Shown here piece by piece: positions 30,104 to 40,399 of a stretch of 64,000 nucleotides of DNA. A program made the position numbers and the translations under genes. The DNA comes from Candidatus Nomurabacteria bacterium. Lineage in GTDB: Bacteria; Patescibacteriota; Minisyncoccia; Phycocordibacterales; UBA9973. The notes below the pieces were generated by a model that worked only from the letters and a program-made list of their open reading frames with translations, searched no databases and was not told where the DNA came from. The stretch's first letter is position 1. The number at the start of each line of letters is the position of its first letter. The stretch spans positions 3,907 through 67,906 of the forward strand of contig JADLEY010000009.1 of assembly GCA_020845875.1 (NCBI GenBank). Reading direction: 5' to 3'.

Positions 30104-30865
30104 TTATAGAAGCGAATCAATCACTTGCTTCAGATAGGCAGCGTCTACTGCTCCGGGGATGACTATTTGCTCGCCGGTCTTTTGGTTGACGGCGATACTG
30201 AAGGGAGTACCTTTTGCGCCGATAGCCTGTGCTTCGTCTGCACCCTTCTGGACACGGTCGTCGGTGCTTGCACGAGCAACGCAGGTCTTCATAGATGCTG
30301 TGTTTATGCCTTGCTGGCCGGCAAAGGTAAAGAGGGCTTCGTTGCTCTTCTCATTGGGGCTAAGGGTGACCCCCATGATTTGGTCGAGGTATGGCCAAAA
30401 GGCACTGTTGCCACCGAGCTCGTATGCGCAAGCGAGGGTGAGTGCCTCAGCGCGTGCGTTGGGGTGGAGAGAGTCGAGCGGGAAGTAGCGGTATGCCCAG
30501 GCGACCTTGTCGCCATAATTTGTCATTGTGGTCTGCATTGTCTCATGGAAACGCGCACAAAATGGACAGTCGCTGTCTGAGTATTCAATCACTAGCACAT
30601 CAGCGCTCGGGTTGCCTCTCACAGGGTCTTCTGCACGAAGTTTCGCAACATCAGCTGGGACGCTAGTCGTCTCTTGCCCTTGCGGCGTGGCAGCAGAAGG
30701 AGCTGCAGCAGGAGAATTGCCCTTTGGTCCGAAGGCCACGAGAATTGCCACACCGATAATTGCTGCTGCCGTTACGATGGCTGCAGGCAGTCCGATACTG
30801 GACTTTTTTTCGGAAGAACGCGTCTCTCCCGCTGGCGTTTCAGGGGTCTGTGTTGTGTATTGCAT
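30104..30865 (-). CDS. Membrane-anchored DsbA-family thiol:disulfide oxidoreductase
   Basis: N-terminal TM, thioredoxin-fold CPFC active site (DSDCPFCARFH). Confidence 0.65.
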   Translation of the reverse strand: MQYTTQTPETPAGETRSSEKKSSIGLPAAIVTAAAIIGVAILVAFGPKGNSPAAAPSAATPQGQETTSVPADVAKLRAEDPVRGNPSADVLVIEYSDSDCPFCARFHETMQTTMTNYGDKVAWAYRYFPLDSLHPNARAEALTLACAYELGGNSAFWPYLDQIMGVTLSPNEKSNEALFTFAGQQGINTASMKTCVARASTDDRVQKGADEAQAIGAKGTPFSIAVNQKTGEQIVIPGAVDAAYLKQVIDSLL

Positions 30866-30939
30866 AGCAGAAAGTATACACCCTTCGCCAAGAGGGAAGG
30901 GCTTTCGTAAGAGAGTTTTTTGTGGTATGATGAGCGCCT

Positions 30940-32172
30940 ATGTCGGTTGCGGCGATTATTACCTACACGATTGTCTTTTTGGCCGTCTATGTACAGGTCT
31001 TTTTTTTGGTGACACTGCTTGAGCGAAGGAAGGAGCTTGCTGCCGCTCATCGCAAAGGATATTCACTTTCTACATATCCGTCGGTGGCGATTATCATGCC
31101 ATGTTGGAACGAAGAGAAGACGGTGCACGGTACCGTGGAGTCGCTCCTTGCACTCGATTATCCAAAAGACAAGCTCGAAATCATCATTGTCGACGATGGT
31201 TCGACTGACGGCACCTGGAAAGAAATTCAGCAGTATCAGGGACATTCGCAGATCAAGATTTTTCACAAAGAAAACGGCGGTAAGCACACCGCGGTCAATT
31301 TTGGTATTGCGCAAACGAGTACAGACTTTATCGGTTGTCTTGATGCAGACTCGTTTGTCGCCCCCGATGCCCTCGCGCGTATCATTTCTGTCTTTCAGGA
31401 GAAGCCCGATACGATGGCGGTTGCGCCTGCGGTGATCATTCATCGTCCTACCAATCTTATGCAAAAGGTGCAAAAAGTCGAATACAACATGGGGCTCTAT
31501 CTTAAGAAAATGCAGGCGCTGCTTGGCGCAATCCATGTGACCCCAGGACCATTTTCTATCTTCCGTCGTACTGTATTTGAGAAACTCGGGGGATTTCGCA
31601 AGGCGCACAATACTGAAGATATGGAGATCGCCTACCGCATGCAGGAAGCGCATATGAAGATAGAGCATTGTCACACGGCACAGGTGTATACGGTTGCTCC
31701 CGATACAGTGAAGAAACTCTACAAGCAGCGCACTCGCTGGATTTACGGCTTTATCCAAAATTCTCTAGACTACAAGCATTTGATTTTTCGCAAAGAATAC
31801 GGACACTTTGCACTCTTCACTATTCCTGCGGGCATCATCTCTATCTGTGCGGCGGTGTATCTCTTTTTTGCAGCTCTGTATAACCTTGTCGGATGGATTG
31901 CCGAGAAAATAGTGCAATGGCGCGCGGTCGGAATCAGTGCGCCTCGCGTGTCGCTTGACTGGTTTTATATCAACACGGGTACTATCGTCTTTGTGACAAC
32001 TATCTTGTACGCACTCCTTATCATGGCTATGGTTCTCGGCAGCCGACTTGCCAAACAAAAGTTTTCTTGGCATATTGTCTCGTACATGGTTGTCTACAGC
32101 ATCATTGCACCGTTTTGGCTGCTAAAGGCGATATGGAATAGTCTACGGGCGAAACAGCCAAACTGGAGATAA
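30940..32172 (+). CDS. Family-2 glycosyltransferase, membrane-integrated (processive GT2-like)
   Basis: IIVDDGSTDGT and DAD motifs; QxxRW-like KQRTRWIYG; C-terminal TM helices. Confidence 0.75.
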   Translation: MSVAAIITYTIVFLAVYVQVFFLVTLLERRKELAAAHRKGYSLSTYPSVAIIMPCWNEEKTVHGTVESLLALDYPKDKLEIIIVDDGSTDGTWKEIQQYQGHSQIKIFHKENGGKHTAVNFGIAQTSTDFIGCLDADSFVAPDALARIISVFQEKPDTMAVAPAVIIHRPTNLMQKVQKVEYNMGLYLKKMQALLGAIHVTPGPFSIFRRTVFEKLGGFRKAHNTEDMEIAYRMQEAHMKIEHCHTAQVYTVAPDTVKKLYKQRTRWIYGFIQNSLDYKHLIFRKEYGHFALFTIPAGIISICAAVYLFFAALYNLVGWIAEKIVQWRAVGISAPRVSLDWFYINTGTIVFVTTILYALLIMAMVLGSRLAKQKFSWHIVSYMVVYSIIAPFWLLKAIWNSLRAKQPNWR

Positions 32173-32181
32173 TACACACGT

Positions 32182-32871
32182 ATGCGACAATGGGGGAAAT
32201 ATCTGATAGTGCTTTTGCTAACTTGCGGAATCTTCGCTATTTCGTGGTATGTGAGCTCGTATTTTAGCGGCAAAAAAATCGCCGAAATCCGCGATATCCA
32301 AAACAAGATTGCCGTCGATATCCTCTCGTCAGAGACACAGTATTCGCTTCTCGAAGAACTCTCCTGCAGCGACATCAATAGCTCGATTATTTCTGATGAG
32401 CTGCTCACGCTTGCAGATCGCATCACCTACAGCGAACAAAATCTCTCCGAGCAGGACGATGTGCTTCTCCTTAAAAAGCAGTACACCATGCTGCAGGTCA
32501 AAGACTTTCTCCTCAAAAAGCGCATCAGCGAACGTTGCAAGACACCGTTTACTGCTATTCTTTACTTCTACGGTACCAAGCAAAATTGCGCCGACTGCGA
32601 ACGGCAGGGCTATGTGCTCGATGCTGCACGGGCAAAGTATCCTGAGCTGCGTATCTATTCATACGACTACAATCTCGACCTCTCGACGATTCGCGCGCTT
32701 CGCTCTATCTACAAAGTAGACGAGCCGCTGCCAGTACTTGTTATCAACAGTAAAACGCAGAGCGGATTTAAGACCCTCGAAGAGATAGAAGCTCTCCTGC
32801 CAAAAGACTTCATCAAACGCTCACAGGCCCAGGCACAAGCTGCCGCAGAGGCAAAGGAAGAAAAGAAATAA
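32182..32871 (+). CDS. Hypothetical membrane-anchored protein
   Basis: N-terminal TM, C-x2-C (CADCERQG), Ala/Gln/Lys-rich C-terminus. Confidence 0.35.
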   Translation: MRQWGKYLIVLLLTCGIFAISWYVSSYFSGKKIAEIRDIQNKIAVDILSSETQYSLLEELSCSDINSSIISDELLTLADRITYSEQNLSEQDDVLLLKKQYTMLQVKDFLLKKRISERCKTPFTAILYFYGTKQNCADCERQGYVLDAARAKYPELRIYSYDYNLDLSTIRALRSIYKVDEPLPVLVINSKTQSGFKTLEEIEALLPKDFIKRSQAQAQAAAEAKEEKK

Positions 32872-33446
32872 AACTGGAGTATCTTTATGACACTGCTAGA
32901 ACTTACTTTATCAAAAATTCGTGAGAATATCCAATCTCGCACATCCGTGCGCTAAAGCGCCTCTGTGCGAAGCACAGAGCTTTTCCAAAGGAAAAGAACG
33001 GAATGTGCGAATACAAATGCGGACTCGGTTTTGCGAAGCAATTTTGCGGGAGGAGGATTCGCAAAACCGAGACTAATTTTTTGAAAAGTTTTTTGGGCTG
33101 GGCTTCCGCCCCGCAGGAGGGTGCGGGAGGAATGCGGGGCGGGATTTCGGAATTTTTGGCGGGCGGGCATTAAGAATTCAAGATACATCTATTGAAATTT
33201 TGGCAAAGCCAAAATACGAAGTTAGTTTGTGTTTACCCCACCCACCCGTGCGTACACAAGATTGCTCCCTACTATGGATAAAAAAGACAAAAAATGCTAA
33301 AATATTCTCCCTCCTTGGCGAAAAACAGGTGCGCGCAAGCGCGCCCGCATTTCCGAATTCCCCCGCAGAATCAGGGCAAACACAGTGGGACGCGCTTCGC
33401 GCGTCCCACCATTTAGCATCTTCCGAACCATTTTGTTCGTTTAGGG

Positions 33447-33520
33447 AGCCAGAAGTCGGGCTCGAACCGACGACCACCCGTTTACAAAACGGGAGCTCTA
33501 CCAACTGAGCTATTCTGGCA
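33447..33520 (-). tRNA. tRNA-Thr (anticodon TGT)
   Basis: On the minus strand: acceptor gccagaa/ttctggc, D-arm agctcagttggtagagc, anticodon loop ttTGTaa on stem cccgt/acggg, T-arm ggtcg-ttcgagcc-cgact. Confidence 0.8.
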
Positions 33521-33546
33521 TTGGCTACATAGTAGCCGATATTGAA

Positions 33547-33948
33547 CTAAATTTCCACCCCTGTAGTTTCTGAAGTTTTCTTTCTTCGTACCACGCGTTT
33601 TTTTTCTTCGCGCTCTGAAATCGAACGGAGGAAGTATGACGAGGGACCGTGTGAAAATCCTGCAAGCTCGTCTTTTTTGGTAAATGCTTCCTTGGCGTCA
33701 GGGAAGATGGTAAAGAATGCGCGACCCGCTTTTTGCTGTACCCATGATGCCGCTTTTTGCGTCTGTATCTGTGCTTGGTACCAGCCGCGGCGTGCGAGTC
33801 GAGCGCCTTGTTCTGCCGAACGCTGCGCGTCGGCAAGTGTCAGTGGTGTCTCAGGCACCCCTTGATCCTTTTTCCACCACAGGTACATATATGCTACCCA
33901 TGAAAGGAGAGCGAAGGTGATGAGTGCGATGACAAGGAAGGTAATCAT
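33547..33948 (-). CDS. Hypothetical small membrane protein
   Basis: N-terminal TM helix (MITFLVIALITFALLSWVAYMYLWW) followed by a basic/charged tail. Confidence 0.3.
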   Translation of the reverse strand: MITFLVIALITFALLSWVAYMYLWWKKDQGVPETPLTLADAQRSAEQGARLARRGWYQAQIQTQKAASWVQQKAGRAFFTIFPDAKEAFTKKDELAGFSHGPSSYFLRSISEREEKKRVVRRKKTSETTGVEI

Positions 33949-33966
33949 GAGGGGGACAGAAGGGGA

Positions 33967-34752
33967 TTAGAGAGAGTAGGTGGCAAACTTTGTGATACTT
34001 GCTCCTGCCTCCTTGGCAAGGGCACCAATGGTCTTGTCGGGGCTCTTGAAGAATGGTTGGTCGAGTAGTGTTTGCTCCTTGAAGTAGCTCGCGATCTTGC
34101 CACCGAGGATTTTTGCTTTCATATCTTCTGGTTTGTCACTCTCATCTACTTCTTTTTTGAAGACTTCCATTGCAGTTGCCTTTGCAGTATCGTCGATATC
34201 ATCTGCAGAGAGAAACTGCGGCTTCATCGCAGCAACATGCATCGCAATATCCTTTGCGAGCTCCGGTGTGCCGCCAGCGAGTGCGACGACTGCTCCAGAC
34301 TTGCCGGTGTGATGCGTGTATGCGCCTACGGTGTCGCCAGTGATTTCTTCGATAATGCCGAGCTGGATGTTTTCACCGATTTTGAGGACGACGTCATTGA
34401 TGAGCGCCGGAGCCTGTTCGCGCGCTGCGTCAGCGCCGTCTTTCCATGCGATATCAAGAAGGGTATTTGCAAGTGTTACAAAATCAGCGTTTTTTGCGAC
34501 AAAGTCTGTCTCGCAGTTGAGGATGAGAGTGAGCGCGCGGCCGCCTTCTGCTTTGGTGAGGACGATGCCGTCAGCAGCAGTACGATCAGACTTCTTCTCA
34601 GCGACTTCTGCGCCCTTCTTGCGAAGGATAATCAGCGCCTTTTCCATGTCGCCGCTGGTCTCCTCAAGCGCCTTGCGGCACTGCATCACAGAGATGCCGG
34701 TCTTGTCTCGCAATTCTTTTACTTGTTCGGTAGTGATAGTCATATATAACAT
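33967..34752 (-). CDS. tsf: Elongation factor Ts
   Basis: N-terminal UBA-like TTEQVKELRDKTGISVMQCRKALEE; conserved rpsB-tsf gene order. Confidence 0.9.
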   Translation of the reverse strand: MLYMTITTEQVKELRDKTGISVMQCRKALEETSGDMEKALIILRKKGAEVAEKKSDRTAADGIVLTKAEGGRALTLILNCETDFVAKNADFVTLANTLLDIAWKDGADAAREQAPALINDVVLKIGENIQLGIIEEITGDTVGAYTHHTGKSGAVVALAGGTPELAKDIAMHVAAMKPQFLSADDIDDTAKATAMEVFKKEVDESDKPEDMKAKILGGKIASYFKEQTLLDQPFFKSPDKTIGALAKEAGASITKFATYSL

Positions 34753-34897
34753 CGCCTCAAGTTAGTGCCTCTCGGAAACCACGAGATTTTCCTGCTGAAA
34801 AATCTCTCCGTTCGTCGCCAGACGCTCCTACCGAGGGTTTCCTCGTGGCACTAGTTTTTGGCAGCTCTTAGTTTTTAATAGGTACTATGTTCAAAAT

Positions 34898-35566
34898 TTA
34901 TTTCCACGCGGTCTGCAGTATAGCAAGGATTGCGCCAATGCTGGAAGCCGAACCGTCATTGCCGACGATGGGGTAAGTGATGCCGCGAATAGAGCAATCG
35001 GTATTGCCGAGCGCGATGACGGGGATACCCATCTTGCGCGCCTCTTTGACGGCGATGTGCTCCTTTTTGGAGTCGATGACGACAAGGGCATCAGGCATCT
35101 TGGTCATACCTTCGACGCCGCTGAAGTACTTGGAGAGGCGTTCCATTTCGCGAGCAATAAGAAGTTGCTCTTTTTTGGTGTACTTAGTGAGCTCGCCGGA
35201 TGCGCGCTTCTCCTTGAGGTCGGTGAGCTTGCTGATACGCTTCTTGATTTCGGGGAAATTGGTGAGGATACCGCCGATCCAGCGCTCGGTCACAAACGGC
35301 TGGTGGAGTGTTGCGGTGAGGCTCTCGATTGCTGCGCGCGCCTCAGGCTTCACGCCGACAAAGAGCACCGTCTTGCCGCTGGCCGCGAGGCCGGTCAGGA
35401 AGGTCGTTGCCGCCTCGATTTGCTGCATCGTCTTGTCGATATCGATAATGTCCACTCCGCCCTTGGTGCCGTAGACAAAAGGGGAAGTAGATGGGTGTCG
35501 GCGGGTGCGGCTGTAGCCGTAGTGCACGCCAGAGGCCATAAGTGCCTCGTATGAGATGGTTGCCAT
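34898..35566 (-). CDS. rpsB: 30S ribosomal protein S2
   Basis: MATISYEALMASGVHYGYSRTRRHP…. Confidence 0.9.
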   Translation of the reverse strand: MATISYEALMASGVHYGYSRTRRHPSTSPFVYGTKGGVDIIDIDKTMQQIEAATTFLTGLAASGKTVLFVGVKPEARAAIESLTATLHQPFVTERWIGGILTNFPEIKKRISKLTDLKEKRASGELTKYTKKEQLLIAREMERLSKYFSGVEGMTKMPDALVVIDSKKEHIAVKEARKMGIPVIALGNTDCSIRGITYPIVGNDGSASSIGAILAILQTAWK

Positions 35567-35746
35567 AACTTTTCTGTGCGAGAGTGGAGCTTTAATCCAC
35601 CCTTACTTATCTGAATAATCGTCCGAAAGGACACCAAAACAATAGCATTTACAGGCACTTTTGGCAAGGAACGATACTTGACAAGTATGTATATACATGA
35701 TATACTGACTCAGTAAAAAGTTCATTCACACTAAAACTAAATAATA

Positions 35747-36124
35747 ATGAAAAAAGTATTTCTTTTTGCGACTTTGTTTGCTTCTACCACTCTTATCTCC
35801 TGCAACTTGTCCTCATCCGGTACTACTACCTGTATTGTGGGTATGTATGGAGCAGAAAACAACTTTGGTATTTCTCAGGACGGTACCATTCATCAAGCTA
35901 TGACGCCAGTTGAAGTAAGAGTGAGAAAGGGGCAGATGCCTGAGTTGTACGAAGGTGAAGATATATGGCTCTACCGTTACAAAAACAGCGGCAGCGAATA
36001 TTCAACATGGATTGTTTCCTTAAATAACCCATTCAAGAAAGATACGGTTGTGATAGAAGAAGTTGTGCCACAATACGACGCGCGAATCGGGGAGTGGAGA
36101 AGGGCAAAGTTGCTAAAGTTATAA
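35747..36124 (+). CDS. Hypothetical lipoprotein
   Basis: Signal peptide with a lipobox (TLISC). Confidence 0.45.
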   Translation: MKKVFLFATLFASTTLISCNLSSSGTTTCIVGMYGAENNFGISQDGTIHQAMTPVEVRVRKGQMPELYEGEDIWLYRYKNSGSEYSTWIVSLNNPFKKDTVVIEEVVPQYDARIGEWRRAKLLKL

Positions 36125-36136
36125 AACAAAACAGTT

Positions 36137-37450
36137 ATGGAACAAAGTTGGCAAAATGGCCGACTTTTTTTATTACCCAAAATGTGCGATTATACAAGGA
36201 CTATGAGGCAGTCGCAGCTGTTTACCAAAACGCGCAAGGAGGCCCCCTCGGACGAGGTGGCAAAAAACGCGCAGCTCCTGATACGGGCAGGGTATGTATA
36301 TAAAGTGATGGCCGGAGTGTATGCATACACGCCACTCGGACTTCGCGTCCTTGAAAACATCAAACAGATTGTTCGAGAGGAGATGAATGCTATCGGTGGG
36401 CAAGAGCTGATTATGAGCTCGCTTCAGAAAAAGAGTACATGGGAAATGACGGGCCGTTGGGACGATGAAGTAGTAGATGTATGGTTCAAATCACAGCTCA
36501 AGGATGGTACCGAGGTCGGGTTCGGATGGTCGCACGAAGAGGCGATTATTGAGATGCTCCAGCAATATCTGGTGAGCTACAAAGATTTGCCGATCAATGT
36601 GTACCAATTCCAGACGAAGCTCCGCAACGAACTTCGCGCCAAAAGTGGTATTTTGCGCGGGCGCGAGTTTGTGATGAAGGATATGTACTCGTGCAGTCTT
36701 GATGCCACACAGCATGATGCGTTCTATAATGCAACAATTGAAGCCTATAAAAAAATATACAGTCGTCTGGGAATCGGCAACGATACCTATGTGACGTTTG
36801 CCAGTGGTGGTGCGTTTACGAAGTTTAGTCACGAATTCCAGACAATTTGTGATGCAGGAGAAGATGTAGTTTATCTGCACAGAGAAAAAAATATTGCAGT
36901 AAATGAAGAGGTGCTCAATGACGAGCATCTTGAGAGTCTTGGCATCAAACGCGAAGAGCTCGAAAAGGTGACTACTGCAGAGGTGGGCAACATTTTCAAC
37001 TTTGGTACACACAAAAGCGAGCAGATGGACTTTTCGTTTACCAACGAGCATGGCGAAAAGCAATTTGTACACCTCGGCTCATACGGCGTCGGCATCACCC
37101 GCGCTATGGGAGTCATCGTAGAAAAATTTGCCGACGACAAAGGCATCGTGTGGCCGGCAAGCGTGGCGCCGTTTGCGGTGCACCTCTTGTCGCTCGGTGA
37201 GGAGGCAAAGACGGAAGCTGATGCGCTCTATACTGAGCTTAATTCGCGCGGAGTGGAGGTACTCTTTGATGACCGCGCGGAAGTGAGTGCAGGAGAGAAG
37301 TTTGCAGATGCAGACCTTCTCGGTATGCCGCTGCGTGTCGTGGTGTCCAAGCGCAGCCTCGAAGCGGGCGGATACGAAGTCAAAGGTCGGGCAGAAAGTG
37401 AATCGAAGGTAGTCTCAAAAGAAGAGCTCCTTTCTTCTCTGCATGCTTAA
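36137..37450 (+). CDS. proS: Prolyl-tRNA synthetase (class II). Start probably at MRQSQLF (~36203).
   Basis: Class II motifs (…FRDE-like REFVMKDMYS…, GGAFTKFSHEF…); the anticodon-binding C-terminal domain is present. Confidence 0.9.
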   Translation: MEQSWQNGRLFLLPKMCDYTRTMRQSQLFTKTRKEAPSDEVAKNAQLLIRAGYVYKVMAGVYAYTPLGLRVLENIKQIVREEMNAIGGQELIMSSLQKKSTWEMTGRWDDEVVDVWFKSQLKDGTEVGFGWSHEEAIIEMLQQYLVSYKDLPINVYQFQTKLRNELRAKSGILRGREFVMKDMYSCSLDATQHDAFYNATIEAYKKIYSRLGIGNDTYVTFASGGAFTKFSHEFQTICDAGEDVVYLHREKNIAVNEEVLNDEHLESLGIKREELEKVTTAEVGNIFNFGTHKSEQMDFSFTNEHGEKQFVHLGSYGVGITRAMGVIVEKFADDKGIVWPASVAPFAVHLLSLGEEAKTEADALYTELNSRGVEVLFDDRAEVSAGEKFADADLLGMPLRVVVSKRSLEAGGYEVKGRAESESKVVSKEELLSSLHA

Positions 37451-38486
37451 GATGCTGCACCGCCGCTTTTCCAATGACATCGGTATCGATCTCGGTACTG
37501 CCAACACGCTCGTCTATCTCAAAGGGCACGGCATCATTATCAACGAACCGAGTATTGTCGCCGTCAACCAAAAGACGGGGCAGATCGTCGCTATCGGAAG
37601 CGAGGCGAAGGAGATGTGGGGCAAGACGCCGGAGCACATCACCATCATCCGCCCATTGATCGAGGGCGTGGTGTCTGACTATGAGATTACCGAAGAGATG
37701 CTCGCATACTTCATCAGGAAGGCGGAAAAACTTTCGAAGAAGTTTTTCCGCCCGCGCGTCGTCATCGGCGTTCCGAGCGGCATTACTAATGTCGAGATGC
37801 GCGCCGTCTATGATGCGGCGATAGATGCCGGTGCGCGTGAGGTGTATCTGGTCGAGGAGGCAATGGCGGCGGCTATCGGTGTGCGGTTGCCAGTACTTTC
37901 GTCGCAGGCGTCGTTTATTGTGGATATCGGTGGCGGGACGACCGATATCGCACTCATCGCGCTCGGCGGCATCGTCCGCTCGCTCAACGTGCGCATCGCA
38001 GGAGATCACTTCAATGCGCGCGTTGCAGAATATATGCGTGATGAATTCAAGCTTCTTGTGGGAGAGCAGACTGCAGAGCAGGTCAAGCTCTCGCTAGGCA
38101 GTGCAGTTGAGAGCGAATACATGGAGATAGAAGTGCGTGGGCGTGATCTGACGACAGGGCTCCCGCGGGCACTCATTACTACCGATGGTGATATCCGCGA
38201 AGCGCTCGGCCGTCCGCTGGCACTCTTGCTCGCAGGGATAAAAGAAGTATTGGAGACGGCGCCTCCGGAGATGGTAGCCGACGTACTCAGCAGTGGTGTC
38301 GTACTCACTGGCGGCGGCGCACTCTTGCGAGGGCTTGCTATCTTGCTGCAAGAGGAAATACGCCTGCCGGTATTTATTGCCGAAGACCCGCTCTCGGCGG
38401 TCGCGCGCGGCACTGGCTGCATCCTTGAATCCTTTGATCAATATCAGCAAGTACTGCTCTCGCTTGACGACTATGCCGTATCGTAA
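37443..38486 (+). CDS. mreB: Rod-shape actin homolog MreB
   Basis: DIGIDLGTANTLVY phosphate-1 motif; full-length MreB. Confidence 0.9.
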   Translation: MLKMLHRRFSNDIGIDLGTANTLVYLKGHGIIINEPSIVAVNQKTGQIVAIGSEAKEMWGKTPEHITIIRPLIEGVVSDYEITEEMLAYFIRKAEKLSKKFFRPRVVIGVPSGITNVEMRAVYDAAIDAGAREVYLVEEAMAAAIGVRLPVLSSQASFIVDIGGGTTDIALIALGGIVRSLNVRIAGDHFNARVAEYMRDEFKLLVGEQTAEQVKLSLGSAVESEYMEIEVRGRDLTTGLPRALITTDGDIREALGRPLALLLAGIKEVLETAPPEMVADVLSSGVVLTGGGALLRGLAILLQEEIRLPVFIAEDPLSAVARGTGCILESFDQYQQVLLSLDDYAVS

Positions 38487-39219
38487 TAAACGTCCATCAG
38501 TATCTTTCTTTTCTTTTGTCCTGCGTGCAACGGGTGTTATCCTTGCGGTGCTGGCACTTTTTTTTATACTTCAAAAAGTGGTAGGCAAAGTGCCGCTCCC
38601 TTCGCTTCACTCAGACGATGTACGCTCAGCGCTTTCATCTAAACGCGTACTCATCGCGCACATAGATGAACTCGAAAACACCCTCGCTGGTATGAAGGCA
38701 CTCTCCGACCAGCAATCACTTCTGCAGGAAGAAAACGATGCGCTCAAAGCGGAGCTTGGCCGCGGCCAAGCTCCGCATGGCACTCTCGCTCGTGTCCTCA
38801 CTATGCCGAGCCGAAGTTTCTATGACACTCTGCTCATAGATGCCGGTGAGGCAGAAGGCATCACCGAAGGGCAGAGCGTGTTTGCTTTTGATGCCGTCGC
38901 CATCGGCACCATTTCGTCAGTAGAGACGCATCGTGCCACCGTGCAGCTTTTTAGTGCTCCAGGGAGAGAGACGACTGGCAATGCAGAAGGCAGTGATGTA
39001 GCCATCACACTCATCGGACGCGGCGGCGGAGAATACGAGGTGCGCATGCCGCGCGATTTACCGTTTGCGATTGGCGAGAGCGTCTCGCTCCAGTCGGTAC
39101 ATATGGCGACGCTGGCAACCATTGAAAAGATCATCACTGACCCGCGTGATCCCTTTCAGCGCCTCTTGGCAAAAGTACCAGTCAATCTCAATGCGCTTAA
39201 GTTTGTGGTAGTACGATAG
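38473..39219 (+). CDS. mreC: Rod-shape protein MreC (internal Met start; the ORF-track start at 38293 overlaps mreB)
   Basis: TM anchor, coiled coil (LENTLAGMKALSDQQSLLQEENDALKAEL), then the MreC beta-domain. Confidence 0.7.
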   Translation: MPYRNKRPSVSFFSFVLRATGVILAVLALFFILQKVVGKVPLPSLHSDDVRSALSSKRVLIAHIDELENTLAGMKALSDQQSLLQEENDALKAELGRGQAPHGTLARVLTMPSRSFYDTLLIDAGEAEGITEGQSVFAFDAVAIGTISSVETHRATVQLFSAPGRETTGNAEGSDVAITLIGRGGGEYEVRMPRDLPFAIGESVSLQSVHMATLATIEKIITDPRDPFQRLLAKVPVNLNALKFVVVR

Positions 39220-39220
39220 T

Positions 39221-40399
39221 ATGAAATTTACGATTGAGAAAAAGCTAGACGGCACGCTTGCTCGGGCGGGGGAGATAGAGACGGTGAACGGCATCATCAA
39301 GACGCCGGCGTTTGTGACAGTCGGGACCAAGGCGACAGTCAAGACGCTCACCGCAGAACAGGTACGAGGTCTCGGTGCGCAGGTGGTACTCGCTAACACC
39401 TATCATCTGTATCTCCAGCCAGGAGAAGATATTGTGGCGCAGGCAGGAGGCTTCGGGAAGTTTATGGATTGGCATGGCCCTACGATGACCGACAGCGGCG
39501 GATTCCAGGCGTTTTCGCTCGGGGCTGCATTTGGTGCAAATGTGAGTAAGGTGGCAACAGGTGACGAGGTAGAAGATATATCTGCATATGAAGGGCAGCT
39601 TGCGCACGTCACTGACGAAGGGGTGACATTCAAAAGTCATATCGACGGCTCAAAACATCTCTTCACGCCAGAACGCAGCATGGAGATACAGTGGAAGCTC
39701 GGCGCGGACATGATATTTGCATTTGACGAATGTACCTCGCCGACAGCACCATATGAATATCAGCAGAAGTCACTCGCACGCACATACGAATGGGCGAAGC
39801 GAAGTCTTGATGCGCATGGGAAGCTTGATACTGAGAAGAAGCAAGCACTCTTTGGGGTGATCCAAGGTGGACGATTCAAAGACCTGCGCGAGCAGGCAGC
39901 ACGCGATCTCGGAGTGCTCAATTTCGATGGCTTCGGCATCGGCGGATCATTTACCAAAGCAGACATTGGTACTGCGGTGGGATGGGTAAATGCAGTATTG
40001 CCAGAGGACAAGCCGCGACATCTCCTCGGTATCGGCGAGCCGGCAGACCTCTTTGCAGCAGTAGAGGCTGGGTGCGATCTCTTTGACTGTATCGCGCCCA
40101 CACGCATGGGCAGGCACGGCACACTGCATACTGCAGATGGCAAAATAAATATAAAAAATGCGCGGTTTGTCCAAGACTTTACACCCATAGAGGAGGGTTG
40201 TACCTGTTACACTTGTATGCGCCATACTCGCGCCTACCTCGCACACCTCTTTCGCGCAGACGAGATGACCGCGGGTACACTCGCTTCAATCCACAATCTC
40301 CACTTCATCTTGCGATTGGTCGAAAAAATCCGCAGGAGCATCCTCGATGATACTTTCCACGACTACAAACAGGCATTTCTTGCTCGGTATAAGGCGTAG
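39221..40399 (+). CDS. tgt: Queuine tRNA-ribosyltransferase
   Basis: Catalytic Asp region, Zn site CTCYTCMRHTRAYLAHL, (beta/alpha)8 fold. Confidence 0.9.
   Translation: MKFTIEKKLDGTLARAGEIETVNGIIKTPAFVTVGTKATVKTLTAEQVRGLGAQVVLANTYHLYLQPGEDIVAQAGGFGKFMDWHGPTMTDSGGFQAFSLGAAFGANVSKVATGDEVEDISAYEGQLAHVTDEGVTFKSHIDGSKHLFTPERSMEIQWKLGADMIFAFDECTSPTAPYEYQQKSLARTYEWAKRSLDAHGKLDTEKKQALFGVIQGGRFKDLREQAARDLGVLNFDGFGIGGSFTKADIGTAVGWVNAVLPEDKPRHLLGIGEPADLFAAVEAGCDLFDCIAPTRMGRHGTLHTADGKINIKNARFVQDFTPIEEGCTCYTCMRHTRAYLAHLFRADEMTAGTLASIHNLHFILRLVEKIRRSILDDTFHDYKQAFLARYKA

Noticed and set aside
32872-33446. RNase P RNA, tmRNA or SRP RNA in the long structured intergenic region
   Set aside because: The hallmark motifs were looked for on both strands and not found (GGAAAGTCCGG, AGGGUGAAANGG, ACARAACCCGGCUUA, the tRNA-like GGTTCGAnTCC…CCA end, GGAAGCAGCC). 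The region is kept only as an unclassified candidate ncRNA.
38293-38472. 5' extension of mreC overlapping the end of mreB
   Set aside because: The MreC TM anchor begins at the internal Met (MPYRNKRPSV…), and the extension is an out-of-frame overlap with mreB.
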